Assembly (NCBI RefSeq): GCF_006345805.1
Contig: NC_042997.1
Coordinates: 168,702,001 to 168,766,000, forward strand
Origin: Octopus sinensis
Taxonomy: Eukaryota
Length of the DNA stretch: 64,000 nucleotides
Reading direction: 5' to 3'
In this document: one piece after another, positions 14,086 through 29,087 of the stretch
Position numbering within the stretch: position 1 is the stretch's first letter
Layout: each line of letters begins with the position of its first letter
Position numbers and translations under genes: made by a program
The notes under the pieces: generated by a model
Told to the model about the DNA's origin: nothing
Databases searched by the model: none
What the model saw: the letters and a program-made list of their open reading frames with translations, nothing else

Positions 14086-14271
14086 TAATAATAATAATAA
14101 TAATGATGATAATAATAATAATAATAACAGTAATAATTTCTTTAAAACATCTACTTTTCAGTATGGTGGGTATATCAGTTTCAATATCCACAAGGAATAC
14201 TAAGAAAATAAAGAGTATGAATTTCAAAGAGTAAATGGTTTTGAATGAACCCAATTCATGCATTCAATCAT

Positions 14272-14311
<40 letters not shown>

Positions 14312-17072
14312 ACTGATATTTCATATATAAATATAAGCTAAACCAAACAAATCATCCAGCATTGATCTCTAATGCAAAATAAATACATTGCAGATCGTCC
14401 TAATGAAATTTTACGTCATGCTTCTTGTTACTTCACTGGTGTTTGTAATAAGTTAAGATAATGAAACATGTATTTGTTGTTGTTATTTAGTACTGACTCA
14501 GTCATATGATGGAAGGCATTTCAGCTGTGCTTATCTGAATTTTTGTATATTTTAATACTACACTGTCAAATGTATATTTTCCTCTTTTTCAAAGGAGATT
14601 AAACATGATTTGAGGGAATTTAGCTGTTATATGTAGCAGGTCAAGTATTCATGTAGAGACCCTCTTATCACTTCATACAGCATGTTAATTACTGTATCAA
14701 ATGCAAATTGCCAAATCAACAACTCTTCACTCACCACATTTTACCACAACCAGTCAAAAGAGCTAACAATGTAGCTAGAAATAGCAGTTAAATCTTTCTC
14801 AAATCACACCACCATATAGTATGTTGGTAATGTACTTCCAGATACTTTATGCTTAAAAGTAAAACAATGGGATGGTCACAGCTAAAAATCATTTTAGATC
14901 ATAGGCCTGCTTGATCAGGGTAGACCTGAGGCTAAACTATTGTTTCAAATTTTGGCACAAGGCCAGCAATTTTGAAGGGATTGGCAAGTCCTCAGTACTT
15001 GACCGGTACTTATTTTATTGACCCCGAAAGAGTGAAAAGCAAAATTGGCCTGGGTGGAATTTGAACTAAGACCAGAAAAAGCCAGAACAAACCCCAATAA
15101 ATATTTTGTCCAACATACTAATGATTCTACCAGCTTTAATAATAATGGTTTCACATTTTGGCACAACGCCAGTAATTTTGATGGGAAGGGTAAGTCGATT
15201 ACATCAACCCCAGCACTTGACAACAACAGTCACTAATTATTTATCAAGTTGTATCTTCACTGCTGCCAACTACTATATTGATCTCCATTCCTTTGAATAC
15301 AATGACTGTATACTGTTTCCATCTGAATCCATTAAATGGATCTTTGGTCAACCTTCTAATTCCTTTCCTAACCACAACCAATTTACACTGGATCTTTTCT
15401 CTCCCCATTATTACCAGCAACACTTCCTTGGAAATAATAACTACATGAATCTAACTCACTAACCCCTTTTAAAAGGGGTTAAAAAGCTAATGACATTGTC
15501 CCCACTCTTCTTACAAAATCATAGCAAGCATTCAATATTCACTAGAAATATTCAGAAGAATTATTATAAGCAAACCACAGAAAGACAATTTGTCTCAATA
15601 ACCACTTGAGCAAAGCATTTTGACTGCCATAAAAACAAGCCTGTTTGTTCAAACAAATCAGGTTTAGCCTTTAAACCTTTTTAATAACTAGAAACTTAAT
15701 TCTACTCACAATCCAATCACAAGAAGGGACATTCCTCTTAGCTCCATCTTCTCATCATTCTAATATGACTTCTACAATGTATTCTTGCACCATTAGTATT
15801 ATAGGTGCTAAAGGGTTACATCTAACATTTCTTCACATTTATGAGTGAACTTCCATTTATACATCCCAAATTTGTATGTGAGTGATATTTATTGTTTATA
15901 AGGCTTTCCAAACTCTTAAAGAAAAATCATTCTCCCAATGATCTTCACTTAATGTCCATGTTCCATGCTGATATGAGATGGATGATTTAACAGAATTTGA
16001 TGAGTCCATCGACTGCATTGTGCTCCAGTGTCTGCATTGGCATGGTTTCAATGACTTGGTGATCCTCTAAATGCCAAGAACATCAGACAGTATGTACTGG
16101 ATGCTTTCTCCATGCTACCAGCACTACTAAGGTTTTGCAAGACTGCAAACCCCAAGGACAGCATGGTTGGTTTTATGCTAGTGAGTTTGAGTGGTTAAAG
16201 CATGAAAGAAGTGGGGATGAGGCAAAGCAATTTCTTCTAGAGGAGTTACATGGCTAACTAAAAGCAAATCAGCTTAACTCAATAATTTAAAATGAAAAAA
16301 ATGATACCCATCCTAGATTCTTTAGCCTACATATAGAATGATGGAACCAGTCTTGTTCGATAAATGAAGCTGAATAACCCCAAACCTGAAAATTAAACTC
16401 TCTCATCTGCTAAAACATGTGTTTTACCAATTGTGTTATGAATGAAAGCTATTTTTTCCCCTTTTGTGTTCTAATACACCTAAACAGAAATTTAACATTT
16501 AGCAAGTCAGAAATACATGAACTAGTCATTCGTTTTAGTATTAACTAAACAATAAATAAACATTCAATTAACTTTAGAATAGTTTCAATGGCAGTTTCAA
16601 TAACATTTTGACAGTAAAATAACAATAATAAACATAAACACCAGTACCAACAACGAGAAAAAGCAAGGCCAACAAGAGAGCTTGCTAGAGATAGCAACAA
16701 AATTCCTTCAAATCACACCCTATCATCTAAAAACACAAAGTGCACATTGGACACAAAATGATGGGATGGTCAGATCTGGAATGCTTTTGACCACAGGCCT
16801 GCTGAATCTGGGTTAAACCTACAATTGAACAACAACATCAAGCATCAGCAAGTAGAAAGTTGTGCACATCTACCTTACAACAAAGGAAGTTTAGTTAAAG
16901 AGAAAGATATTCCTTATGATGAAATCCAAGACCAATATGGCAAGGTACTGTAACAATATTACTCTCAGTATATTTTACTGAATATTCATCTGAAATATAA
17001 ATGTTTATACATGGAGTTTTGTGTGGTTTCTTTGTGTATATCAGAAAATGAGTGAGCAAGTGAGCGAATGAA

Positions 17073-17107
<35 letters not shown>

Positions 17108-17254
17108 ATGAGAGAGACATAGTGTGTGTCTGAGTGCAAGTGTATGCCTCTATATATGTATCACATATTAAAATATACCTTGTTAAAAACAAAACAATAC
17201 ATATATGAAAACTTGTAACAGCAGTATGATTGTGTGTACATACATGTGTGTGTG

Positions 17255-17294
<40 letters not shown>

Positions 17295-17937
17295 CATATG
17301 TGAACATATACACCAACACACACCCATGTGTACATACATATCATGTTTCTGTGTATATACGTATTTGCGTGGGTGTATGTACACACACACACACACGTAT
17401 GTATGTATGTATGAATTATGCTGAGAAACTCAAGTCGTATCACTCAAATAAAATTACACAAATATATACAAGTAAATATATTTACAAACAGTAAATCACT
17501 GAATGGGTTTCATATTAAATAAACACACACAACTACACATACTCAAATACATAACTCAACAAACACACACACACACACACTCTCTCTCACTCACTGACTC
17601 ACACATGCATGCTCACATTTTTCAAACAGAAACACAAAAAAATGGACTGTTTAATATTTACACATGCAAAAAGCTGATTGAAAGGACAAATGTGTTGAGC
17701 AATAATCTACAATATGTAGTAGCAGTATGATCACTCTCAAGGAAGGTCTATGAAGAGACAGGAATGATATCAGAAAACATATAGGGTTTGTGTGTCTTTA
17801 TATGTTTGTATATTTAAGTGACTGTACGTAAGACTATGTTATGGTGTATTTGACTGTGTGTTTGTTTCACTGTTATCATCATCATCATCATCACTATCAT
17901 TTTTCCATCATTGCATGAGAGTTGTGTGTGCATGTGA

Positions 17938-18016
<79 letters not shown>
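17938..18016. repeat. (TA)n microsatellite
   Basis: Direct reading. Confidence 0.95.
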
Positions 18017-18026
<10 letters not shown>

Positions 18027-18044
18027 TACATATATATATATATA

Positions 18045-18202
18045 CTTTATTTAAAGCAGCAGAAAATTCAACAAAATCTGTTACTCTGAGTTTCTTGTTG
18101 CCATTCATCAGACAGTTTTTGCTAGAAAAAACTGTCTGATGAACGGCAACGAGAAACTCAGAGTAATAGATTTTGTTGAATTTTCTGCTGCTTTAAATAA
18201 AG
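18045..18202. ncRNA. 76-bp-arm palindrome containing type I hammerhead ribozyme motifs (Penelope pLTR-like)
   Basis: Arms 18045-18120 and 18127-18202, 3 mismatches; CTGATGA 18136-18142, GAAAC 18153-18157, GTA cleavage triplet 18163-18165, stem I ctgt/atag. Confidence 0.7.
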
Positions 18203-18399
18203 CATATTACTCTACCACTGGTATTTGAGTACTCTTTTTTCCACCTTGTTTCACATTTATGTGTTTACTCCGGTATATATATATATATTATATATATATA
18301 TATATATATACACACACATACACGTATGTATAAACATATGCATATGAATATATATATATATATATGCGTATTATGTATGTATGTATATATATACATATT

Positions 18400-18603
18400 C
18401 TTTTATTGTTTTACTTTTTTCAGTCATTTGACTGTGGCCATCCTGGAGCACCAGCTTTAGTCGAACAAATCAACCCCAGTACTTATTCTATCGGTCGCTT
18501 TTTGCCGAACTGCTAAGTGATGGGGACGCAAACACACCAACAGTGGTTGTCAAGCGATGGCGGGGGGACAAACACAGACCCAAAATAAGAAATACGTACA
18601 TAC

Positions 18604-18660
<57 letters not shown>

Positions 18661-18990
18661 ACGGGCTTCTTTCAGTTTCCTTCATTCAAATCCACTCACA
18701 AGGCTTTGTCAGTCCAAGGCTATAGTAGAAGACACCTGCCCAAGGTGTCATGCAGTGGGACTGAACCTGGAACCATGTGGTTGGGAAGCAAGTCTCTCAC
18801 CACACAGCCACTCCTGCACCTATATATATGGTGTGGCTGTCTGGTAAAAAGCTTGCTTATCAACAACATGGTTCTGGCTTCAGGCAATTTGAATGTCACC
18901 TTGGGCAAGTGTTTCCTACTATAGCTATGGGCCAACCAAAGCCTTGTGAATGGATTTGACATGGTAGCTGAAAGAAGCTTGTCTCATGTG
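18400..18990. mobile_element. Two family A SINEs head to head (18400-18821 minus; ~18830-18990 plus head)
   Basis: Similarity to other family A copies. Confidence 0.75.
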
Positions 18991-19726
18991 TGTATTGTCG
19001 CCTTGACATAACACCAGGAGATAGCTGTAAGTGGCAGTTACTGTCATACAAGGAGTGTCATTTGAATCCAGACTTCCATGAAAAATGTGTCCAGCCAAGT
19101 AGAAATTTTACCTTACATGGAAACAAATGAAAGTTGGCAACAGGAAGGGCATCTGACTGAAAAAAAAAATCTACCTCAATAAAAGCAGGGAAAAGTAGAC
19201 ATTAAAATGATGACAATGATACTCCTTTCCCCTTACTGCAACATTGTCTACCATGCTTGCATAGATTGCACATGTGTGTGCAAATATAAATAATAAATAT
19301 ATGTGTGTGTGTGCATGTTTGTATTTTGTGTGTGCATGCATGTATTCAGATAAAGGAGAAAGAATGAATGTAAACATGACCCCATTTCTAAGAATTGGTG
19401 CCAACTTATAAACCTCTACAAAGACATAACAGTCAATAATTCCAGCACTCAATTTGAGTGAAAATTTACACCTATTAAAATGCCCCTTTTTCCATAATCC
19501 TTGATCTACATTCATCATACTCTATTTTGTTGTTGTTGTTATTATAATCATAATCATTATTATAATTATTATTATTATTATTATTATTATTAAATATTTG
19601 TTAAATTCACATTCCTTGTGGCATGAAGGAGTTAGTTAATTGTTAAGAATTACATAAGTCAGTAACACACAACTTGACATGAAAAAACATGTGGAATGGT
19701 TGGCAATGGTTTTTGGAGAATATTTA

Positions 19727-19933
19727 TCATGGGTTTGTTTCTGATGTAGTAAAATCCATTGACATTGCAGTGGATGTGGTCTGAGAGTTGGGATTCGCTA
19801 CTGAAGATGTCGATGTTGGAAAAATGGAAAGTGTCATTCCCTGGAGGTGACTGGTGGAGCTGTCTTCATAGGAATCGTCTATAGGTTCAGACTTAATGAA
19901 CATCATTTGATCACTTTCAAATGTGTGTGGAAT
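19727..19933 (-). CDS. Terminal coding exon: IPHTFESDQMMFIKSEPIDDSYEDSS...TTSETNP-stop (acidic, S/T-rich tail)
   Basis: Acceptor CTTTATTGCTTTTGCAG; phase 0 matches exon B2; 68 codons + TGA; IKSE fits the psi-K-x-E SUMO consensus. Linkage to the upstream exons is inferred from phase and position. Confidence 0.75.
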   Translation of the reverse strand: MPHTFESDQMMFIKSEPIDDSYEDSSTSHLQGMTLSIFPTSTSSVANPNSQTTSTAMSMDFTTSETNP

Positions 19934-20029
19934 CTGCAAAAGCAATAAAGTGAACAGGTAATTTAAAATTGGGTTAAAAAGGTATAAATAATATTATATA
20001 TCTCTCTCAATCTCTCTATATATATAGGG

Positions 20030-20190
20030 AGAGTTTACGAAAAAAACAAAAGACAAAGACAGGTGGTGTACAAAACAAACAGATGTGTTAGTATAATGCT
20101 CAGGAATAGAAAAAGTCTTTTACGTTTCGAGCCTACGCTCTTTTACAGAAAGGGACACAGAAAAAAACAAGGAAAGAAAAAAATGTGTGT
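20030..20190 (-). mobile_element. Penelope-like terminal repeat fragment
   Basis: Similar to 47275-47420 and 50605-50745; minus strand GAGCGTAGGCTC-GAAACGT resembles a decayed hammerhead stem II plus GAAA. Confidence 0.55.
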
Positions 20191-20199
20191 AGTGGCTAA

Positions 20200-20246
<47 letters not shown>

Positions 20247-21015
20247 CAATTGTAGTATGGAATAAGCCATTTAAGAAACACACAAAATATGTTAGATTCA
20301 CTTCAACATTTAAATTTAATTTGTCAAAATATTTTTGGTGCTTTGAGACCACGACCTGTTCACTGACAAAATTCCATGCTGCATCTTATATATATATATA
20401 TACACACATGCATGCACACACACGTATGCATGTATATAAATGTGAGGGAACATTACTCAATGACAGACAGTTCATAGTGTGAATGATTAACAGTTTGTCT
20501 GTATTGTTGTTATTGGCATCAATACAGTTGCTTACAGCTTGATTCACGATCAATAATAGCTGTAAAAAAGTGAAAATATAAGAGTTCATATGATGCACAT
20601 ACAAGGAAAGCCTCCCCGAATTGTGGTTGAGAAGTTGGTCTTTAGTATAAAGGAAATCAAAGATTTCAGTAAAACAGAGGTAACAAGATTGCCACTTCCA
20701 TTCGTAGGCTTTGACTTAGCCAGGATACTCAACAGGTGGCAAGAGTTTTAATTTATAAGTTGTCTGATGTATGTTGATAATGAGATCATGTTATGTCTAA
20801 CTGGGCTTCTAAATGTATATGTGAATGTCAGGTCTTAAAACAATTGGTAGTTTATCCATTATATGCTATGATAGAGTAGGAAAGACAGGCAATAACCTTT
20901 GGTTTGGCCACTTTTTGTTTCACCTTTAGAGCTATCCCTAAAATATAGGGAACATCTGTGGTCTTTCAGCTTGTTAGAAATAGCTACCAAGTCTTATTTA
21001 GGTCACAACTTAGCT

Positions 21016-21247
21016 ATTTCTTTACTACCCACAAGGGGCTAAACACAGAGAGGACAAACAAGGACAGACAAACAGATTAAGTCGATTACATCGACCCCAG
21101 TGTGTAACTGGTACTTAATTTATTGACCCCGAAAGGATGAAAGGCAAAGTCGACCTTGGCGGAATTTGAACTCAGAATGTGGCGGCAGATAAAATATCGC
21201 TAAGCATTTCGCCCGGCGTGTTATCGTTTCTGCCAGCTTGCCACCTT
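21016..21247 (-). mobile_element. SINE family C
   Basis: Colinear with 2688-2901. Confidence 0.85.
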
Positions 21248-22044
21248 TTTAGGTCACAATCTTTATAAGAGAATATACCATCTTTATAAGAGAATACATT
21301 GAACAATGCAGCCTTAGATAAACAATATACTATAATTGGAAAATAGATGGGATGATCACAACTAGAATGCTGTTGATTATAAATCTGTTCAATCAGAGAT
21401 GGTCTGGGGTTAAACAAAAACAACACCATACATAAAATATATTTAGATGTTCTTATAATGAAGAACATATTTTATTACAATCATTTTTTAATGACAAAAA
21501 TTGTAATTAAGCATATCTTGTTACTGATGTTTTTATGATTAAAGTTTAGATAGAAGATTATACAAAGAACTAGTATTTGAAACTATATTGATTTTTTTAA
21601 TGAATTCAATGTAGGCTTAAAAATGAAAAATGAAAAGAATACAATTATGAAAATCCAGTGTTGTATTTGAGACAAAATGAATTATAAAGAATAACAAGTA
21701 AATATCTTGCTTCAGTTTTGAACTATCACTCATAATCTCAAAAAAAATTATTCTTTTAAAAATTAGCTTAATGATTTATAAAGTTTTATAGTTAAAATTA
21801 TGTCAGTGCAAAGTTACATGTAGAAAGATATTATTGAACTAGAAATGATATATCTTTTAAAAGGTCATTATATTATATATTTATTTATTAGTCAAACATG
21901 AAAATATCTAAAAGTTGAAGCTATTTATTTCAGCAACAAATTAAAGTCAGACTATAAAGGTCACTAAAGCAAAATCTATTAAAAGAATAGGGCAACTGGA
22001 AAAATAATGAAATAATAATAATAATAATTATTATTATTATTATT

Positions 22045-22528
22045 GCCTTTGTACAGCTTCTAACGCTGGAGATGTACTACAGTGTCAGTTGTTTACTACC
22101 AATAAACTAAGGTAAAACCTCTTATTTTTCGAGCACCTTCTGGAGTATTCAGACAGTTCCAAGCAATGCTGTTTTCTGCAAGTGCTCCACCCTTATTCCA
22201 GCCCCTATTTGTTCCACATACTTCTCAAGATTTTTTGCTCACTGTTCCCAGGGCTCTCACAATTACTGGTACTACTGCTACCTTTTCAATCGACCACAAC
22301 TGCTTAACTTCCCAAGCTAATCTGCCATATCACTCAACTTTTCTTTCTTCCTTATTGCATACCTTGTTGTCAGCTAGGCATGCTATGTCTATGATCCAGC
22401 ATAGTTTGTTTTCTTTCTCAATTAAGACTATGTCCAACTTTTTCTTTCTCTATTAAGACTATGTCTGGCCTTTTCTTTCTCAAGACTATGTCCAACTTTT
22501 TCTTTCTCAATTAAGACTATGTCCGGCT
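22045..22528 (-). mobile_element. 3' fragment of R4/Dong-clade (REL endonuclease) LINE
   Basis: Minus strand reads LAWEVKQLWSIEKVAVVPVIVRALGTVSK/NLEKYVEQIGAGIRVEHLQKTALLGTV*ILQKVLEK*; (AAT)n on both sides. Confidence 0.8.
22409..22528. repeat. ~31-bp minisatellite, ~4 copies (ttttctttctcaattaagactatgtccaac)
   Basis: Direct reading. Confidence 0.85.
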
Positions 22529-22847
22529 TATTATTATTATTATTATTATTATGAGTTTTCATCAAGAAATGGAAACAAAATTAAAAAGGAAAAAAAATTT
22601 CATAATAATAATAATAATAATAACCTTTTCTACAAAATGCATAAGACCTGAAATTGGGGGGGGGACTGAGTAGTGGGGGCTAGCCAATTATATCTATCCC
22701 AATGCATAACTGGTACTTATTTCATCAACCCCAAAAGAATGAAAGGCAAATTCGACTTTGGTGGAATTTGAACACAGAACACAATGACAGAAAAAATGGT
22801 GCTTAGCATTTTTCCCAGTGTGCTAACAATTCTGCCAACTCACCGCC

Positions 22848-23808
<961 letters not shown>

Positions 23809-24021
23809 CCTTTCTACTGTAGGTACAAGGCCTGAAATTTTGGGGGAGGAGACTGGTCAATTACATGGACCCTATCATTTCACTGGTACTTAATTTATTG
23901 ACCTTGAAAGGATGAAAGGTAAAGTTGACTTTGGCAGAATTTGAACACAGAACATGAAGCTAGACAAAATACTGTTAAGTATTTTGCCCGGTGTGCTAAC
24001 AATTCTGCCAGCTTGCCACCT
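23809..24021 (-). mobile_element. SINE family C, degenerate; (AAT)n tract lies at its tail
   Basis: Similarity to family C; another copy at ~22625-22848. Confidence 0.7.
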
Positions 24022-24055
24022 TGTTGTTGTTGTTGTTGATGGTGATGATGATGAT

Positions 24056-24491
24056 GATGCAGCAGTACCAGGCAGTGGCTCTTGTGGCTTCTGATCTTAA
24101 CTGATTGGAAGTGTTATCATGTACGTTGTTTTGTCTTGGTATAAAAGATGGGCTACAGCAAATATTCTGCTCAATACCACAGATTTACTAGTCAGTTATT
24201 TCACCATAACCAGTTGAGCATGTCCCTTAGTGACTAATATGTGCATCTCTGATCATGAGCAGAAGTAGTGGGGGAGTATCATAGCCGTGTGTTGAAAGGA
24301 ATTCTTAGAGGTTTGGATAATTCACCTTTGGAAACATGGGTGGTTCGTTCAACATCCTTAAGCAATCCTTATTCATGGACCTTTTGAGTGGGATGGGTTA
24401 CTTGACCAGAAGAAAATTCTAACTGGGCTCCACCTGCAAGGTCATGTGCTGTTTATCTTGATATGAGATCACTATGTCGCACACATATGGT
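24056..24491. mobile_element. Family D repeat, truncated third copy
   Basis: Colinear with the first ~430 bp of 3326-3868. Confidence 0.78.
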
Positions 24492-25586
24492 GCAAAACAG
24501 CGACGGATAAAAGAGGAAATAAACAACCTTGGTGGAAAAGGAGAATTTCAGAAGATATAAACTCCTTGAACAGTGTAGGGTCAATATTTGTCAGGAAAAG
24601 AAATGCAGAACTTAAGAATGAGAGTACATTCAAAAAAGCTAGGAAGAAGCAGTTTTTTGAGGGAAGGGGACAAGTTGATTACATCAAACCCAGCACAGAA
24701 CTAGTTCTTATTTCATCAACCTTGAAAAGATTAAGGCAAAGGTAACCCCAGGGGAATTTGAATACAGAATGTAAAGATGAATGAAAAACCATATTAAGCT
24801 TTTTGTCCAATGCAATAATAATTGTCAGCTTGCCACCTTTCTAATAATGATGATAAATTCAAATTTATAATAATAGAAGAAAATATAATAAATTTTACTT
24901 TAATTTTGTAAGATAAATGATTGTATTAAAAGCTTAAGGCCAGTTCCAACATTTGGCAGAGAAATCTGTTATATATATATATATAATTTATGAACTAAAT
25001 GTGAGATACAAACCAAAGACAAAAAGTAGCTAAATTTGTTGAAATAATTTACTGTCTTCATGATAGGAAGAAGACAGTAGCTATATTACATGAATGGATA
25101 TGTTTTTGTTCTTTTTTTAAGATTTAGGAATATACCAGCTTCTACATACATCCGAAAAAAGAAAAAAAAAAAGACAAAATAACTGAATTTCAGGAGCTGG
25201 ACTAATTGACTATAATGCAGAAGATTGGTAGAGAGTCTATGTTAGCCATTCTGTGTCCTTAAACAAGTCTCATTATTCTACTTACTTTGCTTTGTCAAAA
25301 ATAATCATGTTTAATACCAATCTTAGTCGGGATTGTCTAGTTTTGTAAAGTTTTGTAGTAACATTAATTTGTAAATAATCAAAATCTACCCAACCATAAC
25401 ATTTATAATGGTTTCAAATTTTGGCACAAGGCAAACAATTTAGTAGATAAGTCAATTACACTGACTGCAGTAGCATTTGAACTCAGAATGTAAAGCTGGA
25501 AGAAGTGCTGCTAAGTATGTTGTCTGGCATACTAATGGTTCTGCCAGCTCATTGACCAAACTATTATATAGCATTTATAATAACTC

Positions 25587-25899
25587 TCTTTTTACTCTTT
25601 TACTTGTTTCAGTCATTTGCGGTCTCTTTTGCCAAACTGCTAAGTTACAGGGGACGTAAACACACCAGCATCGGTTCTCCAGTGACGTTGGGAGGGGGAC
25701 AAACACAAACACATATATATACATATACATAATACAATGGGCTTCTTTCAGTTTCCATCTACCAAATCCACTCACAAGGCTTTGGTCAGCCTGAGGCTAT
25801 AGTAGAAGACACTTGCCCAAGGTGCCATGCAGTGGGACTGAACTCGGAACCATGTGATTGGTAAACAAGCTACTTACCACACAGCCACTCCTGCACCTA
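25587..25899 (-). mobile_element. SINE family A with internal deletion
   Basis: Similarity to family A. Confidence 0.8.
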
Positions 25900-26959
25900 T
25901 GAGAAATAATAGGAATTTTTTTTTTTTAAACACAAAGTAATCCTAAAATTCTTCAATATCACTTTACAACTGCATATTACAATAGTCTTGATTTTTGAGA
26001 AAATGTTAAAATCAGTCACTCTAGAAATAACTGTAAAGCTCCAAGACTCTGGCTTACAAATTTGCTGTCTTCTCACTGAACTTCTGCTGCTATTAAAGTA
26101 AACACGAATTCCTTGAGCTGGCTGATCTTGTGTCAGTTGTACTTAGGTTTCACTGATCCATTCATCATTCCATTTCTCATAAGGTCCACCTTATTCACTG
26201 GTTTCTCCTCTACTCATTATCCACCAGGTCCTTCATTAACCATTTTCCCCCAGCCCTTTCTCCTTAGAATGCTGGTCCTCTTATGCTCTCTCCTAGCTCA
26301 TGTTTTTCCTGCAGCTATTGGCTTACAATTTTCCAAGTAGGACATCAATTGAGTAGCCCTAACAGCTCTCAGGGAGCCGCCAAAGGTCATCAGTACAGCT
26401 CCTTATTCCAGACAAATTCATTAAAAAATAAATCTTAAAACTGAAATTAATTTATTCTTGTGAAAAAGAGATGGTTAAGTAATGGTTTAATGATGAAAGA
26501 GAATTCAACATCAATGGAAATTAAAAGATTTCTTTAGATATTCAAATGAATCAATCATTCATTTTAGTAACTAATCAACTACTGGAATCTTTAATGTGAA
26601 TTTATTTGGAATATCAATAATTTTTACAGAATTTTGTTAACAGTATGTGTCTCTATAGAATTCATTCAAAGATATATCCAATATATAAATTGATGTATGT
26701 TTTACAAATTAGATATGCAAATATCTCATAAGCTGTCTTACATAAATATGTAAAATGATATGTTTGCATATCACAGAAAAGTAAAATAAGAACTTGATTT
26801 GAATAAATCATGAACTTATGGTAAACACACCAATGCACATCAAATCAAAAGTAATACAAAGTAGAATTGAAAATCCAGCTGCAAAATATTTGTGAATTAC
26901 CATGGAGATAAATGTAAGAAAGAAAATAAAAAACGAAATTAAAAGAAGACTAGGTTTGG

Positions 26960-27650
26960 CTAAATTTAATAATGGTTTAAAATTTTGGCACAAGGCCAGC
27001 AACTTCAGAGGAGGGGGTTAAGTTGATTATATTGAACCCAGTGCTCAACTAGTACTTATTTTATCAATCCCAGCAGCAACATTTGAACTCAGAATGTAAA
27101 AGCATATGAAATGCTGCTAAGCATTTTGCCCAGTGTGCTAACAATTCTTATTTCTTCATTGCCCACAAGGGGCTAAACATAGAGGGGACAAACAAGTACA
27201 GACAAAGGGATTAAGTCGATTAGATCGACGCCAGTGCGTAACTGGTACTTAATTTATCGACTCCGAAAGGATGAAAGGCAAAGTCGACCTCGGCAGAAAT
27301 TGACGTCAGAACGTAAAGACAGACGAAATACCTACTTCTTTATTACCCACAAGGGGCTAAACATAGAGGGGACAAACAAGAACAGACATAGGTATTAAGT
27401 CGATTACATCGACCCCAGTGCGTAACTGGTACTTAATTTATCGACCCCGAAAGGATGAAAGGCAAAGTCGACCTCGGCCGAATTTGAACTCACAGCGTAA
27501 CGGCAGACGAAATACTGCAAAGCATTTCACCCAGCTCGCCGCCTTTACTTACCACACAGCCACTCCTACACCGGTAAGCATTTTGTCCGGCATGCTAACG
27601 TTTCTGCCAGCTTGCCACCTTAATACTAACAATTCTGTCAGCTTGCTGCC
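26960..27650 (-). mobile_element. Cluster of tandem/nested family C SINEs
   Basis: Near-identical units at ~27151-27330 and ~27333-27543 plus degenerate flanking pieces. Confidence 0.8.
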
Positions 27651-27939
27651 ATAAGTTTAATCCAATACTGACCTCTAACACTGATACAAGGACACAAATT
27701 TCTTGGGAAGACATAGTCAATTAAATCACATTACAGTACTAAGCTGGTACTTCATTTTATCACCCACAGAAGGGTGAAAGATAAAGTTAATCATTGCAAC
27801 ATTTGAACTCAGAACATAAGGGTTGAAACTAAATACTGCAAAGCATTGTGTTTAACATACTACTGATTCAGTGAGGCCACTGCCCTTGTTAAATTCAACA
27901 AGTATTAAAAAGAAGAGAAGAAAGAAAAGAAATTCTTAC

Positions 27940-27982
27940 CTGTCTTGTGAAGTTTTTCATAAAATCTACACCAAAATATACT
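27940..27982 (-). CDS. Internal exon B2: VYFGVDFMKNFTRQ
   Basis: 43 nt (1 nt + 14 codons); strong donor CAG|GTAAGA; YFGV motif matches exon B1. Confidence 0.87.
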
Positions 27983-28832
27983 GTAGTGAAAAGGTTAAGG
28001 AATCCAATACAATTTATAAACAAACATTACAAGAACCATTAAAATAATAGAATGATTTCAATATATTAAATTGAAATAAAAACAAAATGTTGTCATCTTG
28101 TAAAACATAAATATATAATCACTTGTTCATTTGTTTTATATCTGTTTTTCCCATGCTGGTATGGGCGAGATGAATATAGTATTCAGACATTGTTTTATAG
28201 TCAGATACCATTCTTCATGCTAATCCTTTCTTGCTTTTCAAGTAAGGAATTTTTTACTGTACTTAGCTTCAAAGGTACAAAGCATGTAGGTGATCTATAG
28301 ACAGGAGAAATACCAACAGAATGTCACATAAATGACCATGTATGCATACATGCGAGTGCCCATGTGCACACATACTCTACAATAAGTTTCTTTCAGATTC
28401 TGTCTACCAATTCCACTCGTAAGGCTTTGATTGATCTGAGAAGCTTCAGTAGAAGACACTTGCCCAAGGTTCCACAGTGGGACTGAACCTGAAACCATGT
28501 GGTTGGGAAGCCATTTTCTTAACCATACAATCAGGCTTATGCTCCTTGATAAGAAATGTTTTAATGCAATAAAGACCTAAAATTTAATGTTTCTCTCGGG
28601 ACCCAGTCAAACGTAAAATCTGTCTGTTGTCAAAAATTCCCATCTATCTGGCTCAAAATCTCTCTCTCTCTCTCTCTCAAAGATCTTTTATTTCCTCAAC
28701 TCCTTTGTACATCTTTTAAACTAGACCAAAACTCTGTAATACTGAATAAGTCAAGATTCTCTTTCGTCAGAAAAATGCAAACAAGAGAAAAGACAGTTTT
28801 CCTTGTTTAAATCATAATTTATGGAAAGTAGA

Positions 28833-29087
28833 TAATGGTTTCCAAAGTGGGCAGTATTGCCCTCTGGGGGCAGTGGAAAGTTCCAAAGGGGCTTTGAAGA
28901 AAAGTGGGGTGATAATGGGGTAGTGATTCATATAAAAACAACAAAATAATGGGTTCATTAGGTTAAGTTTCATTTGTTAAATACAGTTGCTTTGAATTTG
29001 TTTGTAATGGTTAGCTGAGGTGGGGGTGCTAGGAATGTGGCCTGGGTGTCAAGGGGGCAGCAGCCTGAAAATGTTTAGGAACCACTG
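28833..29087. mobile_element. hAT (Charlie-like) MITE
   Basis: Left taatggtttccaaagtggg, right tttaggaaccactg, matching CAGTGGTTCCCAA-type termini; TSD not recoverable. Confidence 0.6.
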
